58,661 bases of DNA from Candidatus Omnitrophota bacterium (GTDB taxonomy: Bacteria > Omnitrophota > Gorgyraeia > Gygaellales > Profunditerraquicolaceae). The notes beneath the pieces are model-generated. The model was given only the letters and a program-made list of their open reading frames with translations, was not told the origin of the DNA and ran no database searches. Of this stretch, positions 54,825 through 58,661 are shown in pieces. Both the position numbers and the translations under genes were made by a program. The stretch lies in contig JBAZGE010000003.1 in assembly GCA_041653035.1 (NCBI GenBank), positions 1 to 58,661 on the forward strand, written 5' to 3'. The first letter of the stretch is position 1, and every line of letters starts with the position of its first letter.

Positions 54825-55640
54825 ATGGAATCAGTAGGCGCAAAACTCAAAAAGATCCGTCTTGAAAAAGGCATAAGTATCGAGGAAGTTCAGAAAAAAA
54901 CAAAGATCCATCCCAATATACTCAAGGCCATAGAAGAGGATAATTTCATTAATCTGAGCCCCGTGTACGTGAAGGGGTTCTTGAAAATATATTGTAAGTT
55001 TTTAGGTGTCGATTATTCCCAATACATTCTGGAATACTCGGAATTGGAAAAAAAACCTTCGGAATATGCTCCTGTTCAATCCCGATCCACATCCGTAAAA
55101 CTGTCTTCCGGCAGTTTTTCCCGGATCGTCAATATGCTGGTTAAGGCTGCGATATTCGTTGTTTTGATTTTTTTGGTTGCCGGCACGGGTATCTTTGTCT
55201 TTCGTAAAATTTCAGCGTTTATCAGGAATCAAAATAAAATCTCCTCAGCCGCCAGGAAAAATATGAGCAAACCCGGTTCAGGTAAGCCGTTAAAAAGGTC
55301 TTCAAAGGCGGTTAAACCCTCCGCTCCTGTTGAAAAACGGGCGTCCGCGGCGGTTCCACTGGTGAAAAAGATCAAGACAGGGACGCCTATCCGGCTGGGC
55401 ATACGCGCGAAAGAAGACTGTTGGATAAAATTGAGCCTTGACGGTAAAGTGATCTTCCAGAGTATCATCAGAAAAGGCAGATCGGAGAACTGGCAGGCGA
55501 AAAAAGAGATCGCTCTTTCCCTGGGGAACGCGGGTGGAGTTGACCTGGAAGTAAACGGGAGTTTGATCCCCTCGGTGGGCAGAAAAGGCCAGGCGGTCAA
55601 GAGTATCGTGATAAACGAGGACGGGTTGAAAGTGAATTAG
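54825..55640 (+). CDS. rodZ: RodZ-like cytoskeleton protein (XRE HTH, single TM helix, DUF4115)
   Basis: VGAKLKKIRLEKGISIEEVQKKTKIHPNILKAIEEDNF HTH, a central TM helix and a C-terminal beta-rich domain. ATG 54825 after GGGAG. Confidence 0.8.
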   Translation: MESVGAKLKKIRLEKGISIEEVQKKTKIHPNILKAIEEDNFINLSPVYVKGFLKIYCKFLGVDYSQYILEYSELEKKPSEYAPVQSRSTSVKLSSGSFSRIVNMLVKAAIFVVLIFLVAGTGIFVFRKISAFIRNQNKISSAARKNMSKPGSGKPLKRSSKAVKPSAPVEKRASAAVPLVKKIKTGTPIRLGIRAKEDCWIKLSLDGKVIFQSIIRKGRSENWQAKKEIALSLGNAGGVDLEVNGSLIPSVGRKGQAVKSIVINEDGLKVN

Positions 55641-55759
55641 AGAAATGGTTAATGAAAGTTAAAGAGGGTTAAAAGAAAAAACATATGGTTTTTTCGTAAC
55701 TACCTTCAACCGGTAGTGTCGACTTCATTTTCATTAACCGATTTTAACCGTCATTAACC
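55641..55759. repeat. inverted arrays of GGTTAA units with a 10-nt period (rodZ-rimO spacer)
   Basis: GTTAA at 55648, 55658, 55668. TTAACC at 55734, 55744, 55754. The right array abuts the rimO ATG. Confidence 0.9.
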
Positions 55760-57016
55760 ATGAAACATATTAAGCCAGCGATCGGCATTGTCAGCCTCGG
55801 GTGCCCCCGGAATCTGGTTGATTCGGAGAGTATTCTGGGGCGGCTGCGGCATAAAGGATACCGGGTCTCTGATATCGATAAGGCGGATGTTGCCTTGGTG
55901 AATACGTGCGCGTTCATCCAGGATTCCAAACGGGAATCTATCGACGCCATCCTTGATGTCATCGCGCTGAAAAAAGAAGGAAAGCTTAAAAAAATAATTG
56001 TGTGCGGGTGTCTCTCTCAGCGGTACAAGGACCAATTGTTGAAAGAGTTCCCTGAAATAGACGCCTTCGTAGGGACGCTTTCTCTTAATCATACGTCCCG
56101 CCGGTTTCCTCTGACGCCGGGGTATTACGCTTATCTGAAGATCTGCGAGGGGTGCGTGAATAATTGCAGTTACTGCGTCATTCCCCGCCTCAAACGAAAG
56201 TTTGAAAGCATAAGAATGGATGAAGTTTTTCAAAAGGCCGCAGGACTTGACCGGGGAAAAATATCCGAGCTTAACATTATCGGGCAGGATATTACCGGTT
56301 ATGGGATGGATCTGCGCGGGAATGCCCGTCTTGAGGTTTTATTGCGTAAGATTCTTGCGGCGGTAAAGCACGCCGGCTGGATACGTTTGTTGTATCTTTA
56401 TCCCAACCGGATTACCGATGAGCTGCTTTCGATCATCCGGGATGAACCGCGGATATGTAAATATATCGATCTTCCCCTACAGCATATCAGCGACAGGATT
56501 CTGAGAAAAATGAACAGAAAAACCACAAAAAAACAGGTTCTTTCTCTTGTCGACAGAATTAGGAAGAATATCCCGGGCGCGGCTTTGCGCACTTCTCTCA
56601 TCACGGGATTTCCTTCGGAAACAGACCGGGAGTTTAAAGAAATGCTGGCGTTTATGGAGGATGTGCGCTTCGAGCGCCTGGGCGCTTTTATGTATTCCCG
56701 GGAAGAAGGGACACGGGCGTATTCTTTTACGGGACAGATCCCCCGGAAAACAAAAATTGAGCGTTTTAACCGGATCATGGGTTTACAGCAATCTATTTCC
56801 GTGGAAGTAAACAAGAATATGATGGGAAAGACGATCAAGGCGCTGGTTGAGGAAAAAGAGGAAGGCCATTATGTGGGGCGCAGCCAGTATGATGCCCCGG
56901 AAGTAGACGGCCAGGTGTATATACATTCGAGCAAAGAGTTGAAACCCGGAGATTTTGTTTCGGTTGAGATCATTGATACGCTTGAATATGATCTCGTGGG
57001 GAGGGCCATTCCGTGA
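55760..57016 (+). CDS. rimO: ribosomal protein S12 methylthiotransferase RimO (radical SAM MTTase)
   Basis: SLGCPRNLVDSE N-terminus, radical-SAM CVNNCSYC and a TRAM C-terminus. No Shine-Dalgarno; the repeat arm abuts the ATG. Confidence 0.88.
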   Translation: MKHIKPAIGIVSLGCPRNLVDSESILGRLRHKGYRVSDIDKADVALVNTCAFIQDSKRESIDAILDVIALKKEGKLKKIIVCGCLSQRYKDQLLKEFPEIDAFVGTLSLNHTSRRFPLTPGYYAYLKICEGCVNNCSYCVIPRLKRKFESIRMDEVFQKAAGLDRGKISELNIIGQDITGYGMDLRGNARLEVLLRKILAAVKHAGWIRLLYLYPNRITDELLSIIRDEPRICKYIDLPLQHISDRILRKMNRKTTKKQVLSLVDRIRKNIPGAALRTSLITGFPSETDREFKEMLAFMEDVRFERLGAFMYSREEGTRAYSFTGQIPRKTKIERFNRIMGLQQSISVEVNKNMMGKTIKALVEEKEEGHYVGRSQYDAPEVDGQVYIHSSKELKPGDFVSVEIIDTLEYDLVGRAIP

Positions 57017-57591
57017 ATATAGCTAATATTTTAACCTTAATGCGGATCGTTCTGACATTCGTATTCATGTTTTTTCTTTCTCTTCAGGGTATGGCCGCGA
57101 AGATAGCTGCCCTGATAGTTTTCGCGCTGGCCGCTTTTACCGACCTTTTGGACGGCAGGATCGCGCATAAGAGGAATATGGTCACTGATTTCGGTAAATT
57201 GATGGACCCGATCGCGGATAAAATCCTGGTTTTGGCGGCCTTTATCGCTTTTGTGCAGATGGGGCTTATCAAGGGATGGATGATCATGATTATAATTTCG
57301 CGGGAGCTCCTGATCACTTCCCTGAGGCTGTTCGCTTTGAATAAAGGCAAGGTTTTGTCGGCGGGAAAAGCGGGGAAACAGAAGACCGTTTCTCAAATGG
57401 TGGTCATATTTTTTATAATGGGATTTATTATTTTCCGGGAAGTCAGATTGAACTTTTTTACCTGGAATCCCGGCTGGGAGAATTTTTTCCGGGAGGGGAT
57501 CGATATATTCATGTGGATCACCATTGCCTTGACCCTGTATTCCGGCTTCACCTATCTATGGGAGAACCGCAAACTTATCGCCAATATCTAA
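57013..57591 (+). CDS. pgsA: CDP-diacylglycerol--glycerol-3-phosphate 3-phosphatidyltransferase
   Basis: CDP-alcohol phosphatidyltransferase motif DLLDGRIAHKRNMVTDFGKLMDPIADK. 4-nt overlap with rimO (GTGA). Confidence 0.9.
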   Translation: MNIANILTLMRIVLTFVFMFFLSLQGMAAKIAALIVFALAAFTDLLDGRIAHKRNMVTDFGKLMDPIADKILVLAAFIAFVQMGLIKGWMIMIIISRELLITSLRLFALNKGKVLSAGKAGKQKTVSQMVVIFFIMGFIIFREVRLNFFTWNPGWENFFREGIDIFMWITIALTLYSGFTYLWENRKLIANI

Positions 57592-57593
57592 CA

Positions 57594-57714
57594 GTCTGCT
57601 GAAAAATCCTCATCTGCGTCGTTGCGCGCCGCGTGGCTTTGTGCGGCGTATATGTAACATACGCCTCCGCAGCCACTTGGCGCGCGCCTAGCATCTGAGT
57701 CTTTTTGAGCAGAC
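57594..57714. mobile_element. second palindromic repeat family, short copy (D2)
   Basis: GTCTGCTGAAAAATCCTCATCTGCG ... CATCTGAGTCTTTTTGAGCAGAC. Shares the core GTGCGGCGTATATG.(T/A)ACATACGCCT.CGCAG with D1. Confidence 0.75.
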
Positions 57715-57730
57715 TGCTACACTGAGCCCC

Positions 57731-57926
57731 GGCATTTTGCCTGCGGATTTATGTCCGTCACGAAAATTTTTGCCGTCGGCTGCGGTTTACGCTTCACTCC
57801 AGGCGCGGGATAATAGGCGGGTCATCGCCTTGCGCTTAGCGTAATTCCTTGCCGACCGAAAGTGCAGCAGGGGATATGGCAAAAATTTTCTAATTGTGCC
57901 GGCCATAACTCCTCCGGCAAAATGCC
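57731..57926 (+). mobile_element. MITE-like element, copy C (196 bp)
   Basis: Same TIRs and internal sequence as copy B (for example GCCGTCGGCTGCGG(C/T)TTACGCTTC and GCGTAATTCCTTGCCGACCGA). Ends 9 nt before the pgpA ATG. Confidence 0.8.
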
Positions 57927-57935
57927 CCGAGACAT

Positions 57936-58382
57936 ATGGGTTTCTCTACGGTTCTCATTAAACAAATAAGTACAGTTTTCGGCCTCGGCTATGTGCCGCG
58001 TATTCCGGGGACTGCGGCAAGTCTGGCGGCGGTGCTGGTTTTCCTGTTCGTACGCGACGACCGGGCGGTGGCGATCATCGCGCTGGTTTCGACGGTGCTG
58101 GGGTTCGCGGTCGCGGGCAAAGCGGAAAAACTCTTTCAAAAGAAGGACGCCCAGTGCATCGTGATCGACGAATTCGCGGGCATGATGGTGAGCCTGCTTT
58201 TTATCCCCGCTGAATTAAAGTTTGTCATCCCCGCCTTTGTCCTGTTCCGGGTAATGGATATCCTCAAGCCGTTCCCCGCCTACCGGCTTCAGTCTTTGAA
58301 AGGCAGTTTCGGGATCATGCTGGACGACATTGTGGCCGCGGTTTACACCAATTCTCTCCTGAGGCTTTTCCTCATCCTATAA
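57936..58382 (+). CDS. pgpA: phosphatidylglycerophosphatase A
   Basis: 148 aa. FGLGY.P..PGT N-terminal motif and VIDEFAGM, typical of PgpA. Confidence 0.85.
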   Translation: MGFSTVLIKQISTVFGLGYVPRIPGTAASLAAVLVFLFVRDDRAVAIIALVSTVLGFAVAGKAEKLFQKKDAQCIVIDEFAGMMVSLLFIPAELKFVIPAFVLFRVMDILKPFPAYRLQSLKGSFGIMLDDIVAAVYTNSLLRLFLIL

Positions 58383-58500
58383 AATATGAGACACAGCATT
58401 CGAATTCATAACTATAAGGGGTCGCGTCTTTACAGTTTACCCCGTTAGAGAAAGCCATCGATTTCAATCGGTGTTATTCCTTATAAAGCCGCCGGTGGTT

Positions 58501-58606
58501 TAATCCCCTCCGCAAAATCCCCCGGTCTTCAGATCGGGGATAGGAATCTGCGGAATGTGTTTTTTGCTTCGGGGAGGGAGCCTTGGCCTTTAGGCCGAGG
58601 GGCTCC
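58501..58606 (+). repeat. structured ~105-nt repeat, copy E2
   Basis: Second copy of E1. The differences inside the stems keep pairing intact (CCCCGGTC-TTCA-GATCGGGG; GGCC-TTTA-GGCC). Confidence 0.6.
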
Positions 58607-58661
58607 ACTGCCACCGTCGGCGTCAGCCGTTAGAGAACCGGGGTTCTCTAACGGGGTTTAC

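Overview
This is a bacterial chromosomal segment that is densely packed and almost entirely co-directional. I call 56 protein genes, and only rpmB lies on the minus strand. There are also three tRNAs (Lys-UUU, Leu-UAG, Gly-GCC). The coding content is mostly housekeeping:
- prfA(3' end)-prmC-murA
- a tryptophan operon, trpG-D-C-F ... trpB-A
- M16 peptidase, CNNM/CBS protein, DUF5679, rsfS, argS, recJ
- rpmB / rpsB-tsf-pyrH-frr
- a PTS-Ntr-like set, ptsN-yvcK-ptsH-ptsI
- metK-ahcY, pfkA-fba, ilvD-ilvB-ilvN-ilvC-leuA-aroE
- prepilin peptidase and a GH94-like phosphorylase
- rpsO-pnp, ftsK, rodZ, rimO, pgsA, pgpA

Four things do not look ordinary.
1. The trp operon is split between trpF and trpB by a five-gene Wood-Ljungdahl corrinoid module (acsC-RACo-cooC/acsF-acsD-acsE). 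The module has its own near-consensus promoter and no CODH/ACS catalytic genes in this window.
2. Next to that module is a zeta-toxin-like P-loop gene translationally coupled to an unannotated 50-aa ORF. The pair is bracketed by two inverted copies of a roughly 190-400 bp MITE-like element, and a third copy sits upstream of pgpA.
3. Most longer intergenic regions are filled by REP/BIME-like palindromes whose arms are tandem arrays of 7-, 8- or 10-nt units. The unit flavours are GTAAGT, CGTAAT, GGTTAA, GTGCATAAG, CTATAGC, GACAAC and CGTTTNG. Most units carry a stop triplet at a period that is not a multiple of 3. One array sits inside the prmC reading frame.
4. Several further repeat families are present, including a two-copy structured element of about 105 nt with pairing-preserving substitutions.

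No CRISPR array, transposase, integrase or rRNA is visible. All homology calls come from motif recognition by eye, not from database searches.
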